64,000 nucleotides of DNA from Mytilus californianus (Eukaryota), in contig NW_026262670.1 in NCBI RefSeq assembly GCF_021869535.1, positions 5,332,001-5,396,000 of the forward strand, written 5' to 3'. Each line of letters begins with the position of its first letter. The stretch's first letter is position 1. The notes beneath the pieces were generated by a model. The model did not search any database. It was not told the DNA's origin and saw nothing but the letters and a program-made list of their open reading frames with translations. The position numbers and the translations under genes are program-made. Shown here in pieces: positions 8,978-21,158 of this stretch.

Positions 8978-10346
8978 CATATGCAACTATACCAGTCATA
9001 ATTACGTTCGATAACTCTGCATGTTACTGGTTTAATTAGGATTATGAAAAATTTACTGGTAATCAGTGTGATCTGAGACTACTATAACATAGTAGTCTCA
9101 GGTGTGATGAATGATTTAGAAAATTGAAAAATATTGATATTTCACCTCGGGGTTTCGAAGTTTTTTTTATTAATATAAAATAATACCATAAAATAATTTC
9201 TATAAGAATCGGACCATACTAATCTACATACGTCTTGTCAAAACTTACATGATCTTACATCGTGATTAGGTGCCGAGTTGGTTTTCTTTGATCACGTTGA
9301 TGACTAATTAATATCTCCTTAATCAAGTTATGTCCTTGGGTATTATTAGAGTGACAATAACGTGTCATATTTAATTGCAATATAAACAGAGAAATTAAAT
9401 TGTGTTATTTGCATGGGCAAAATTAGTGTCGAACATCGTCTACGTTTGAAAATTGTTTGGTCGCCATTTTTTTACGTAACTTCGAAATTTTATCAAAACA
9501 AAAAGCATGTATCCACTTTATCAAAAAGACAAAATATTTGATTCTATGCTGCTTTAAGGTAAGACAAAAACTGAAAACGCATGCATCCAACAGTTTTTTT
9601 ATTTTCATCGTAAAAATATTACAATATATATTTTCACAAGTCGACCTACGCTGTCAACATGGTCAATGTAAACAATGCATGGTTGATGCATATAAATCTT
9701 TGTTTTGAGTGGGAGAGACTGTTTCTAATAAATATAAAAATTAAATGAAAGGTGAAATAAGACACACTTTAATAAATATTTCACAAATTACTTTTTAATT
9801 AATTGCTAAATAAATATATGTCGTGTCATTGTTTACTTCCGACATCGGCCGCCATTTTCAAAATATTGTTAACGAATGCCAAAATGTAAACTTTTCAATC
9901 AAATTTTGAAGCAAAAAGTTTGTTACCTAAACTGATTTGGGTTTCGATTTCATTTAAATGAATGTGTTGGTTATCTTTTTAGGGGTTGGAAGGATATTAT
10001 TAACAAATAATATGTTGAGAAAATTGATCATATAAGAAGGTCCCATTGCAATTTTATTGAGTTTTAACGAAGAAGTCAACGGAGGCCGTGTGGTTATGTC
10101 ACCTCCATTTTCAAACTTAATTTGAAGCAAGAAATCATATTTCTGAACTGAAACTGAAAACATTTTTAATTGTAAAAATGAAAATACTATAAAACGCGGG
10201 GTTGGAAGGTAAAATACACAATGTAACAAAAAAGTTATGATCGTTTAATCTATGTAGCCCGTTCATTTTCATTGATAATCAATCGGCCATTAATGATATA
10301 CAACTGAATTGTAAAAGTCACGTGATGACCGCGATAGTTGGATATG
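8978..10346. mobile_element. 1,369-bp non-autonomous TIR element, unique to spacer 2
   Basis: Interrupts cggaggt|ggtcc. The left end CATATGCAACTATACCAGTCAT matches the reverse complement of the right end, CATATCCAACTATCGCGGTCAT, at 18/22. Only one T is duplicated. No transposase ORF. Confidence 0.85.
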
Positions 10347-11016
10347 TGGTCCTCAGCTGGCCCCTAAATAAAATTGTGTACTAGTTCAGTGAAAATGGAC
10401 GTCACATAATCAGCACATTTTTACAGTATATTAGTACCGAAAAAAGTACTGAGTTTAATTTAGAGTTACCTCCCCATTGACTAGTTGATATGAAATAGAC
10501 GTCCAACCTTTGACATTGCATACGTGTAGAAAAAGTCCTCTAAAAAATTTCAGTCAAGATGAAAATGAATAAGAAGGGAGAAAAAAATCACATAATGAGA
10601 AAAATGAATTAGTTGGTTGAAGTGTTTAAATGTGTGATTTGCCCCCCACCCCCCCAAAAAAAGAAAATGAATAAAAAAAACTATCACTTCCTTTATTCTT
10701 AGATTGTATTTTAATCGAATATTATTTTGAAAGAATTTTAATCAGTTCAAAAAATATGTGCGTGAAAGTAAAATGATATATCTTTAATATTTCCTTACTA
10801 AAAATAATTTTCCCAAAAGGCAACTGCATAAATGTTAGAAATAGTATACTCTTAAGGAGTGAAATGAAGCAAAAAATGGAAATAATTTGACTGAAAAAAA
10901 TATTTCAAAGAACAGTGCAAAGTGAAGAAAAAAGAAAAGGGCAGGGTAGGGCTCAGCTATATTTAGTTTGATAACTAATGTACAACAATTGTAGATTCTT
11001 TTTGAACAAATTGGGT

Positions 11017-11032
11017 AGCCCTTAAAAGGGCT
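11017..11032 (-). terminator. Histone mRNA 3' stem-loop, copy 3
   Basis: AGCCCTTTTAAGGGCT followed by ACCCA on the minus strand. Confidence 0.93.
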
Positions 11033-11075
11033 TTTGGTGGCTGAATAGCCTCTGCAGACTGTAGTCTGGAACAGT

Positions 11076-11642
11076 TTACTTCTTCTTTGGTGTCTTCTTG
11101 GCTTTTGGTTTGGCTGCCTTCTTTTTAGCTGGTGACTTGGCTGCCTTCTTTGGCTTGGCTGCTTTCTTTGCTGCTGGTTTCTTAGCTTTAGGCTTGGCTG
11201 CCTTTTTCTCTCCAGCTGGTTTCTTTGCTGCCTTCTTTTTCTTAGGTGTGCTCTTTGCCTTCTTTGGCTTGGCAGCCTTAGGTTTAGCTGCTTTCTTTGC
11301 CTTTGCTGGCTTCTTTTTAGCTTGTTTTGCTTCTCCAATTCTGAAAGATCCGGATGCTCCAGTTCCCTTGGACTGCTTCAAACTGTTGTTCTTAACTCCG
11401 GCTCTGAGTGCAAGTTTTAAATGAGCGTTTACTGACTTGGCATCTTTTCCGACGTTGAAGTTGGCCATGATGTACTTCAAAATTGCTTGCCTTGAGGAAC
11501 CTCCACGTTCTTTCAAAGCAGCGATGGCTTTCCCAATCATCTCGCTGTATTTAGGATGTGCTGAAGGCTTCTTTGGCTTAGCTGCTGCCTTTTTCTTTGG
11601 TGATTTAGCTGGTGCTGGTGCTGGTGCTGCTACGTCTGCCAT
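11076..11642 (-). CDS. H1: Histone H1 copy 3 (188 aa)
   Basis: Full-length H1 ORF with intact promoter and stem-loop. Confidence 0.98.
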   Translation of the reverse strand: MADVAAPAPAPAKSPKKKAAAKPKKPSAHPKYSEMIGKAIAALKERGGSSRQAILKYIMANFNVGKDAKSVNAHLKLALRAGVKNNSLKQSKGTGASGSFRIGEAKQAKKKPAKAKKAAKPKAAKPKKAKSTPKKKKAAKKPAGEKKAAKPKAKKPAAKKAAKPKKAAKSPAKKKAAKPKAKKTPKKK

Positions 11643-11723
11643 TTTGAACGATTCAAAATATTATCCTTTACGAAGTTTATACTACGAATAACGATTTGAA
11701 AATAACGCCATTCAAGGCCTCGT

Positions 11724-12163
11724 TTATTTATAACAGACGAACGCGGACCTCGACGAAGACACCCTTAAAAATAACTTGTAAAATCCATTACGCGATCTCG
11801 GTAAAATGATTATGTGCTTCTTCGAAGACTTTTATGATAATTTTTAGTATAATTCTATCAAAAACATTCACATATAGCATATCAAATTGCTCAACAGTCA
11901 TTAATCTTGCAGGTTAGATAAACTGTGTATTTTTCAATGATCACAGTAGAAAGATATTAATAGTTAAAGTAGAACCGACTGATTTGTCTTCGCAGGTATG
12001 TTGACAGAAAATTTACGAGTTTTTCTCAATAGAAAAATATTCTACCGTCGTAAAATTGTGCAGCGGAAGAAATATCATTTCTCTACAGGTTTCTTTCCGT
12101 TTTTATTCACTGGACGTATGTTACTCGTCGTAATAAGTTTGTTTTCAGCTGGAGGGAAACACA
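11724..12163 (-). promoter_or_regulatory. H1 copy 3 promoter (TATA, H4 box, H1 box, TG box)
   Basis: Same motifs and spacing as copy 2 (offset 5853). Confidence 0.65.
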
Positions 12164-15100
12164 CAAAAAGTTCACGCGCCATTGTTTGGTTGCAGATTTT
12201 TACGAAAACTTCAAAAAACATTTTTATTCAACCTGAGCGAAATTTCACAGACATCCTAGATTCGAATGAATAAAACCAATATCTAGAATATGTATTTGGA
12301 ATGTCGTTTAATTTAATCTAGCTTTGGGAACTTTTCAGAGAGCGACTTTATGTTCAGTGGATATGAGGCACTAGAAAACTGTGCTGTATGATGCGTCTCT
12401 GCTTTTATTTCCATTTTCATGTAAAATTTGAGCACTTCGTGCTCTAAAACTCGAATATGTCTTGTTGAATATATCATATTTTTCAAAAAATATATGTACT
12501 TAATTTTATTATCAATTAAACGATGGTCCGTGCTCGAACTGGCCACCTGAAAGTTTCAATACAAAATATACCAACCAAACCCAAGATTCTTGTATTTTTA
12601 TAATTCGAAAGTTGTACACATCATTTGCCTCTAAATTAACAATTACAAAGGTTCATCTGTTTTTAAAAAAAGGGGGGGGGGGGTTCACGGTGAAGACTCT
12701 GGCCATAAATATGCATTTTTCCTATATAGGCTAGGCAAGTATAAGACCAGAATCGGTACCGGGTGAAGCAGCATACACACGGACGATTCAAAAGAGACAT
12801 AAAGACAAAAATCACACCAATGTTAACCATTAGACTTGGGGCAAAAATAGTCTCCACTGTATTTAACTGAACCCCTTCCCCCACAAAAAAAAATCCCGAG
12901 GAAAAGGGGGGTGTATATATTTTCAATGAATGATAGTTGGACTGAAATATTTGTTACCTATTGCAACATTAACAAGCAGATTTAATGTAAAAAGAATCCC
13001 AAAGCAAGATTGAAACGAAGAAAAAGATATTCTCCGTTAAAAAAATAAATAAATAGGTTTCTCTATTGTCTGTTGATTTCTGTGAAGGCCAATTAGCATA
13101 GCGTTTAATGGATGTTAGTTCAAGTCTCAACATGCTATGGGTTTTTCTTTCTTTCTTAATTTGTAAACCTTTTTTTCTGTTTCTTTTTCATTTTTGTGGA
13201 GGATTATTTTTTTTTTTGGGGGGGGGGAGTAATTGTTTGACATGAAATTTAGTTGTTTATGAATAGAACACACACTTTAATAGTAAATCCAAAGTACTAT
13301 TTAGGTCGTTTTTTATTCCCATCATGATGGAACTATTTTCTACATGTTAGGACAACCTCATGATGTTGACAACCAGTAGAAATTTAAAACTTTTTCTTTC
13401 TAGTTCTCTCTTAGTCGTATCAAATCCAGAAAAAAAGAAATAAGAATCAATTTCTATCAAACGTGAATCCTATCCCTCTTTTCAGCTATGGTTAGAAACG
13501 TAAACAACAGGACAAGTTTGGCATGTTCTTTGGGACAGAAACCCAACAACACCAGATCGATAGATTTTTTATTTCCAATAGAGGACTTAATCTATAATCA
13601 AATATTTCATTCTTGGGCTTTTTATTACTTTCTATCTCCTTTTTTATTTTCTTCTTTAAATGTTTTTATGAATTATCATATTTGAAGCTATTCTTTTCAT
13701 ATTGACATTGAACGCCTTTTCTCTGTCTCAATATACAGTATTTATCGCAAATGAAGGAAAATGTCTTGGCGAAAAGAGGTGTGTTTGCTGTCCGGGGGTT
13801 AGGGTAGTCTTAATTGAAAACGGCAGCAACAAACGTTTCTCAATGTATACACAAATAAGCGCATTTAATACTGTCAGTCACACATTGTCTGTATATACTA
13901 GAAGACTTTGTTTTTCTGTGTCGTTAAGTTGCTGTCATTTCAATATGAAAATAACCTCTTCTGTTATATTAGAATCCTACAATTTCGTAAACAATCCTTT
14001 AAAATGCATGATACATGTTATCAAAGAAATAAACCCTTTTCTTACCTTTTGTACAAATGTCCGTCCATCCTTGTTTTAGTTCATAACAGTAGACATGCTA
14101 CGTATGTGACGTCACTGTATTGCTTCTGGTTTATTCATCTCGCGTGCTTTGAACAGATTAAAATGACATAACAAAGACACAGACAAGTCGTCAAAACACT
14201 AAAAAACAGAGAGAAAAAAGAAGAGAAAAACAAACAGGACAACCCATTTTAAAGAAACATAAAAGCAAGTAGGTGCATTTATTTCATACACGAGTAAAAC
14301 AAAGGAAAATTCGAGAGGTGAAGAAAAGTATCAATATGGTTACATAATCAGCTATCGTCAATAACAGGAACGCTCCTTTTACTATCCCCCAACCCCAAAC
14401 ACACATCTCCAACGATAGAACCACGATGAAAAGCGAGTCCAAACATAAAAGACTGATGATATATGAATGTAAGTACACTCGCACTATATATATCTGCATG
14501 TAATAAAATGAAAAATAATTGCAGAACTGTTAAATGTTTAACAAAAACTTCCATACTTTAGAGTTTCCTGCTAACTTTTAATACACAATTGTAGTAATTT
14601 TGACAAAAAAAAAAACAAAAACAAAAAATAACAAACGTCACTGCATTCATTTTCTATTTGTTTACTTGTATGTTGACAATACATCTATACATCTTTTGTA
14701 TTGTAAAATTGAGAATGCAAATGGGGAATCATGATGTCAAAGAGACAACAACCCGACCAAAGAGCAGACAACAGCCGAAGGCCACCAATGGGTCTTCAAC
14801 GCAGCGAGAAAATCCCGCACCCGGAGGTGGTCCTCAGCTGGCCCCTAAATAAAATTGTGTACTAGTTCAGTGAAAATGGACGTCACATAATCAGCACATT
14901 TTTACAGTATATTAGTACCGAAAAAAGTACTGAGTTTAATTTAGAGTTACCTCCCCATTGACTAGTTGATATGAAATAGACGTCCAACCTTTGACATTGC
15001 ATACGTGTAGAAAAAGTCCTCTAAAAAATTTCAGTCAAGATGAAAATGAATAAGAAGGGAGAAAAAAATCACATAATGAGAAAAATGAATTAGTTGGTTG

Positions 15101-15508
15101 AAGTGTTTAAATGTGTGATTTGCCCCCCAACCCCCCCCCCCCCCCAAAAAAAAAGAGAATGAATAAAAAAAAATATCACTTCCTTTATTCTTAGATTGTA
15201 TTTTAATCGAATATTATTTTGAAAGAATTTTAATCAGTTCAAAAAATATGTGCGTGAAAGTAAAATGATATATCTTTAATATTTCCTTACTAAAAATAAT
15301 TTTCCCAAAAGGCAACTGCATAAATGTTAGAAATAGTATACTCTTAAGGAGTGAAATGAAGCAAAAAATGGAAATAATTTGACTGAAAAAAATATTTCAA
15401 AGAACAGTGCAAAGTGAAGAAAAAAGAAAAGGGCAGGGTAGGGCTCAGCTATATTTAGTTTGATAACTAATGTACAACAATTGTAGATTCTTTTTGAACA
15501 AATTGGGT

Positions 15509-15524
15509 AGCCCTTAAAAGGGCT
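15509..15524 (-). terminator. Histone mRNA 3' stem-loop, copy 4
   Basis: AGCCCTTTTAAGGGCT followed by ACCCA on the minus strand. Confidence 0.93.
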
Positions 15525-15567
15525 TTTGGTGGCTGAATAGCCTCTGCAGACTGTAGTCTGGAACAGT

Positions 15568-16134
15568 TTACTTCTTCTTTGGTGTCTTCTTGGCTTTTGG
15601 TTTGGCTGCCTTCTTTTTAGCTGGTGACTTGGCTGCCTTCTTTGGCTTGGCTGCTTTCTTTGCTGCTGGTTTCTTAGCTTTAGGCTTGGCTGCCTTTTTC
15701 TCTCCAGCTGGTTTCTTTGCTGCCTTCTTTTTCTTAGGTGTGCTCTTTGCCTTCTTTGGCTTGGCAGCCTTAGGTTTAGCTGCTTTCTTTGCCTTTGCTG
15801 GCTTCTTTTTAGCTTGTTTTGCTTCTCCAATTCTGAAAGATCCGGATGCTCCAGTTCCCTTGGACTGCTTCAAACTGTTGTTCTTAACTCCGGCTCTGAG
15901 TGCAAGTTTTAAATGAGCGTTTACTGACTTGGCATCTTTTCCGACGTTGAAGTTGGCCATGATGTACTTCAAAATTGCTTGCCTTGAGGAACCTCCACGT
16001 TCTTTCAAAGCAGCGATGGCTTTTCCAATCATCTCGCTGTATTTAGGATGTGCTGAAGGCTTCTTTGGCTTAGCTGCTGCCTTTTTCTTTGGTGATTTAG
16101 CTGGTGCTGGTGCTGGTGCTGCTACGTCTGCCAT
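15568..16134 (-). CDS. H1: Histone H1 copy 4 (188 aa)
   Basis: Full-length H1 ORF. Carries a synonymous Gly GGG>GGA change shared with copy 5. Confidence 0.98.
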   Translation of the reverse strand: MADVAAPAPAPAKSPKKKAAAKPKKPSAHPKYSEMIGKAIAALKERGGSSRQAILKYIMANFNVGKDAKSVNAHLKLALRAGVKNNSLKQSKGTGASGSFRIGEAKQAKKKPAKAKKAAKPKAAKPKKAKSTPKKKKAAKKPAGEKKAAKPKAKKPAAKKAAKPKKAAKSPAKKKAAKPKAKKTPKKK

Positions 16135-16215
16135 TTTGAACGATTCAAAATATTATCCTTTACGAAGTTTATACTACGAATAACGATTTGAAAATAACGC
16201 CATTCAAGGCCTCGT

Positions 16216-16655
16216 TTATTTATAACAGACGAACGCGGACCTCGACGAAGACACCCTTAAAAATAACTTGTAAAATCCATTACGCGATCTCGGTAAAATG
16301 ATTATGTGCTTCTTCAAAGACTTTTATGATAATTTTTAGTATAATTCTATCAAAAACATTCACATATAGCATATCAAATTGCTCAACAGTCATTAATCTT
16401 GCAGGTTAGATAAACTGTGTATTTTTCAATGATCACAGTAGAAAGATATTAATAGTTAAAGTAGAACCGACTGATTTGTCTTCGCAGGTATGTTGACAGA
16501 AAATTTACGAGTTTTTCTCAATAGAAAAATATTCTACCGTCGTAAAATTGTGCAGCGGAAGAAATATCATTTCTCTACAGGTTTCTTTCCGTTTTTATTC
16601 ACTGGACGTATGTTACTCGTCGTAATAAGTTTGTTTTCAGCTGGAGGGAAACACA
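16216..16655 (-). promoter_or_regulatory. H1 copy 4 promoter (TATA, H4 box, H1 box, TG box)
   Basis: Same motifs and spacing as copy 2 (offset 10345). Confidence 0.65.
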
Positions 16656-19600
16656 CAAAAAGTTCACGCGCCATTGTTTGGTTGCAGATTTTTACGAAAA
16701 CTTCAAAAAACATTTTTATTCAACCTGAGCGAAATTTCACAGACATCCTAGATTCGAATGAATAAAACCAATATCTAGAATATGTATTTGGAATGTCGTT
16801 TAATTTAATCTAGCTTTGGGAACTTTTCAGAGAGCGACTTTATGTTCAGTGGATATGAGGCACTAGAAACTTGACTGTGCTGTATGATGCGTCTCTGCTT
16901 TTATTTCCATTTTCATGTAAAATTTGAGCACTTCGTGCTCTAAAACTCGAATATGTCTTGTTGAATATATCATATTTTTCAAAAAATATATGTACTTAAT
17001 TTTATTATCAATTAAACGATGGTCCGTGCTCGAACTGGCCACCTGAAAGTTTCAATACAAAATATACCAACCAAACCCAAGATTCTTGTATTTTTATAAT
17101 TCGAAAGTTGTACACATCATTTGCCTCTAAATTAACAATTACAAAGGTTCATCTGTTTTTAAAAAAGGGGGGGGGGTTCACGGTGAAGACTCTGGCCATA
17201 AATATGCATTTTTCCTATATAGGCTAGGCAAGTATAAGACCAGAATCGGTACCGGGTGAAGCAGCATACACACGGACGATTCAAAAGAGACATAAAGACA
17301 AAAATCACACCAATGTTAACCATTAGACTTGGGGCAAAAATAGTCTCCACTGTATTTAACTGAACCCCTTCCCCCACAAAAAAAAAAATCCCGAGGAAAA
17401 GGGGGGTGTATATATTTTCAATGAATGATAGTTGGACTGAAATATTTGTTACCTATTGCAACATTAACAAGCAGATTTAATGTAAAAAGAATCCCAAAGC
17501 AAGATTGAAACGAAGAAAAAGATATTCTCCGTTAAAAAAATAAATAAATAGGTTTCTCTATTGTCTGTTGATTTCTGTGAAGGCCAATTAGCATATAGCG
17601 TTTAATGGATGTTAGTTCAAGTCTCAACATGCTGTTGGGTTTTCTTTCTTTCTTAATTTGTAAACCTTTTTTTCTGTTTCTTTTTCATTTTTGTGGAGGA
17701 TTATTTTTTTTTGGGGGGGGGGGGGGGTAATTGTTTGACATGAAATTTAGTTGTTTATGAATAGAACACACACTTTAATAGTAAATCCAAAGTACTATTT
17801 AGGTCGTTTTTTATTCCCAGCATGATGGAACTATTTTCTACATGTTAGGACAACCTCATGATGTTGACAACCAGTAGAAATTTAAAACTTTTTCTTTCTA
17901 GTTCTCTCTTAGTCGTATCAAATCCAGAAAAAAAAGAAATAAGAATCAATTTCTATCAAACGTGAATCCTATCCCTCTTTTCAGCTATGGTTAGAAACGT
18001 AAACAACAGGACAAGTTTGGCATGTTCTTTGGGACAGAAACCCAACAACACCAGATCGATAGATTTTTTATTTCCAATAGAGGACTTAATCTATAATCAA
18101 ATATTTCATTCTTGGGCTTTTTATTACTTTCTATCTCCTTTTTTATTTTCTTCTTTAAATGTTTTTATGAATTATCATATTTGAAGCTATTCTTTTCATA
18201 TTGACATTGAACGCCTTTTCTCTGTCTCAATATACAGTATTTATCACAAATGAAGGAAAATGTCTTGGCGAAAAGAGGTGTGTTTGCTGTCCGGGGGTTA
18301 GGGTAGTCTTAATTGAAAACGGCAGCAACAAACGTTTCTCAATGTATACACAAATAAGCGCATTTAATACTGTCAGTCACACATTGTCTGTATATACTAG
18401 TAGACTTTGTTTTTCTGTGTCGTTAAGTTGCTGTCATTTCAATATGAAAATAACCTCTTCTGTTATATTAGAATCCTACAATTTCGTAAACAATCCTTTA
18501 AAATGCATGATACATGTTATCAAAGAAATAAACCCTTTTCTTACCTTTTGTACAAATGTCCGTCCATCCTTGTTTTAGTTCATAACAGTAGACATGCTAC
18601 GTATGTGACGTCACTGTATTGTTTCTGGTTTATTCATCTCGCGTGCTTTGAACAGATTAAAATGACATAACAAAGACACAGACAAGTCGTCAAAACACTA
18701 AAAAACAGAGAGAAAAAAGAAGAGAAAAACAAACAGGACAACCCATTTTAAAGAAACATAAAAGCAAGTAGGTGCATTTATTTCATACACGAGTAAAACA
18801 AAGGAAAATTCGAGAGGTGAAGAAAAGTATCAATATGGTTACATAATCAGCTATCGTCAATAACAGGAACGCTCCTTTTACTATCCCCCAACCCCAAACA
18901 CACATCTCCAACGATAGAACCACGATGAAAAGCGAGTCCAAACATAAAAGACTGATGATATATGAATGTAAGTACACTCGCACTATATATATCTGCATGT
19001 AATAAAATGAAAAATAATTGCAGAACTGTTAAATGTTTAACAAAAACCTCCATACTTTAGAGTTTCCTGCTAACTTTTAATACACAATTGTAGTAATTTT
19101 GACAAAAAAAAAAACAAAAACAAAAAATAACAAACGTCACTGCATTCATTTTCTATTTGTTAACTTGTATGTTGACAATACATCTATACATCTTTTGTAT
19201 TGTAAAATTGAGAATGCAAATGGGGAATCATGATGTCAAAGAGACAACAACCCGACCAAAGAGCAGACAACAGCCGAAGGCCACCAATGGGTCTTCAACG
19301 CAGCGAGAAAATCCCGCACCCGGAGGTGGTCCTCAGCTGGCCCCTAAATAAAATTGTGTACTAGTTCAGTGAAAATGGACGTCACATAATCAGCACATTT
19401 TTACAGTATATTAGTACCGAAAAAAGTACTGAGTTTAATTTAGAGTTACCTCCCCATTGACTAGTTGATATGAAATAGACGTCCAACCTTTGACATTGCA
19501 TACGTGTAGAAAAAGTCCTCTAAAAAATTTCAGTCAAGATGAAAATGAATAAGAAGGGAGAAAAAAATCACATAATGAGAAAAATGAATTAGTTGGTTGA

Positions 19601-20011
19601 AGTGTTTTAATGTGTGATTTGCCCCCCAACCCCCCCAACCCCCCCCCCCAAAAAAAAGAGAATGAATAAAAAAAAATATCACTTCCTTTATTCTTAGATT
19701 GTATTTTAATCGAATATTATTTTGAAAGAATTTTAATCAGTTCAAAAAATATGTGCGTGAAAGTAAAATGATATATCTTTAATATTTCCTTACTAAAAAT
19801 AATTTTCCCAAAAGGCAACTGCATAAATGTTAGAAATAGTATACTCTTAAGGAGTGAAATGAAGCAAAAAATGGAAATAATTTGACTGAAAAAAATATTT
19901 CAAAGAACAGTGCAAAGTGAAGAAAAAAGAAAAGGGCAGGGTAGGGCTCAGCTATATTTAGTTTGATAACTAATGTACAACAATTGTAGATTCTTTTTGA
20001 ACAAATTGGGT

Positions 20012-20027
20012 AGCCCTTAAAAGGGCT
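20012..20027 (-). terminator. Histone mRNA 3' stem-loop, copy 5
   Basis: AGCCCTTTTAAGGGCT followed by ACCCA on the minus strand. Confidence 0.93.
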
Positions 20028-20070
20028 TTTGGTGGCTGAATAGCCTCTGCAGACTGTAGTCTGGAACAGT

Positions 20071-20637
20071 TTACTTCTTCTTTGGTGTCTTCTTGGCTTT
20101 TGGTTTGGCTGCCTTCTTTTTAGCTGGTGACTTGGCTGCCTTCTTTGGCTTGGCTGCTTTCTTTGCTGCTGGTTTCTTAGCTTTAGGCTTGGCTGCCTTT
20201 TTCTCTCCAGCTGGTTTCTTTGCTGCCTTCTTTTTCTTAGGTGTGCTCTTTGCCTTCTTTGGCTTGGCAGCCTTAGGTTTAGCTGCTTTCTTTGCCTTTG
20301 CTGGCTTCTTTTTAGCTTGTTTTGCTTCTCCAATTCTGAAAGATCCGGATGCTCCAGTTCCCTTGGACTGCTTCAAACTGTTGTTCTTAACTCCGGCTCT
20401 GAGTGCAAGTTTTAAATGAGCGTTTACTGACTTGGCATCTTTTCCGACGTTGAAGTTGGCCATGATGTACTTCAAAATTGCTTGCCTTGAGGAACCTCCA
20501 CGTTCTTTCAAAGCAGCGATGGCTTTTCCAATCATCTCGCTGTATTTAGGATGTGCTGAAGGCTTCTTTGGCTTAGCTGCTGCCTTTTTCTTTGGTGATT
20601 TAGCTGGTGCTGGTGCTGGTGCTGCTACGTCTGCCAT
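20071..20637 (-). CDS. H1: Histone H1 copy 5 (188 aa)
   Basis: Full-length H1 ORF with intact promoter and stem-loop. Confidence 0.98.
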   Translation of the reverse strand: MADVAAPAPAPAKSPKKKAAAKPKKPSAHPKYSEMIGKAIAALKERGGSSRQAILKYIMANFNVGKDAKSVNAHLKLALRAGVKNNSLKQSKGTGASGSFRIGEAKQAKKKPAKAKKAAKPKAAKPKKAKSTPKKKKAAKKPAGEKKAAKPKAKKPAAKKAAKPKKAAKSPAKKKAAKPKAKKTPKKK

Positions 20638-20718
20638 TTTGAACGATTCAAAATATTATCCTTTACGAAGTTTATACTACGAATAACGATTTGAAAATAA
20701 CGCCATTCAAGGCCTCGT

Positions 20719-21158
20719 TTATTTATAACAGACGAACGCGGACCTCGACGAAGACACCCTTAAAAATAATTTGTAAAATCCATTACGCGATCTCGGTAAA
20801 ATGATTATGTGCTTCTTCGAAGACTTTTATGATAATTTTTAGTATAATTCTATCAAAAACATTCACATATAGCATATCAAATTGCTCAACAGTCATTAAT
20901 CTTGCAGGTTAGATAAACTGTGTATTTTTCAATGATCACAGTAGAAAGATATTAATAGTTAAAGTAGAACCGACTGATTTGTCTTCGCAGGTATGTTGAC
21001 AGAAAATTTACGAGTTTTTCTCAATAGAAAAATATTCTACCGTCGTAAAATTGTGCAGCGGAAGAAATATCATTTCTCTACAGGTTTCTTTCCGTTTTTA
21101 TTCACTGGACGTATGTTACTCGTCGTAATAAGTTTGTTTTCAGCTGGAGGGAAACACA
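20719..21158 (-). promoter_or_regulatory. H1 copy 5 promoter (TATA, H4 box, H1 box, TG box)
   Basis: Same motifs and spacing as copy 2 (offset 14848). Confidence 0.65.

Noticed and set aside
9423-10229. ORFs inside the 1.37-kb TIR element as a transposase
   Set aside because: All are under 100 aa, with no DDE or recombinase motifs.
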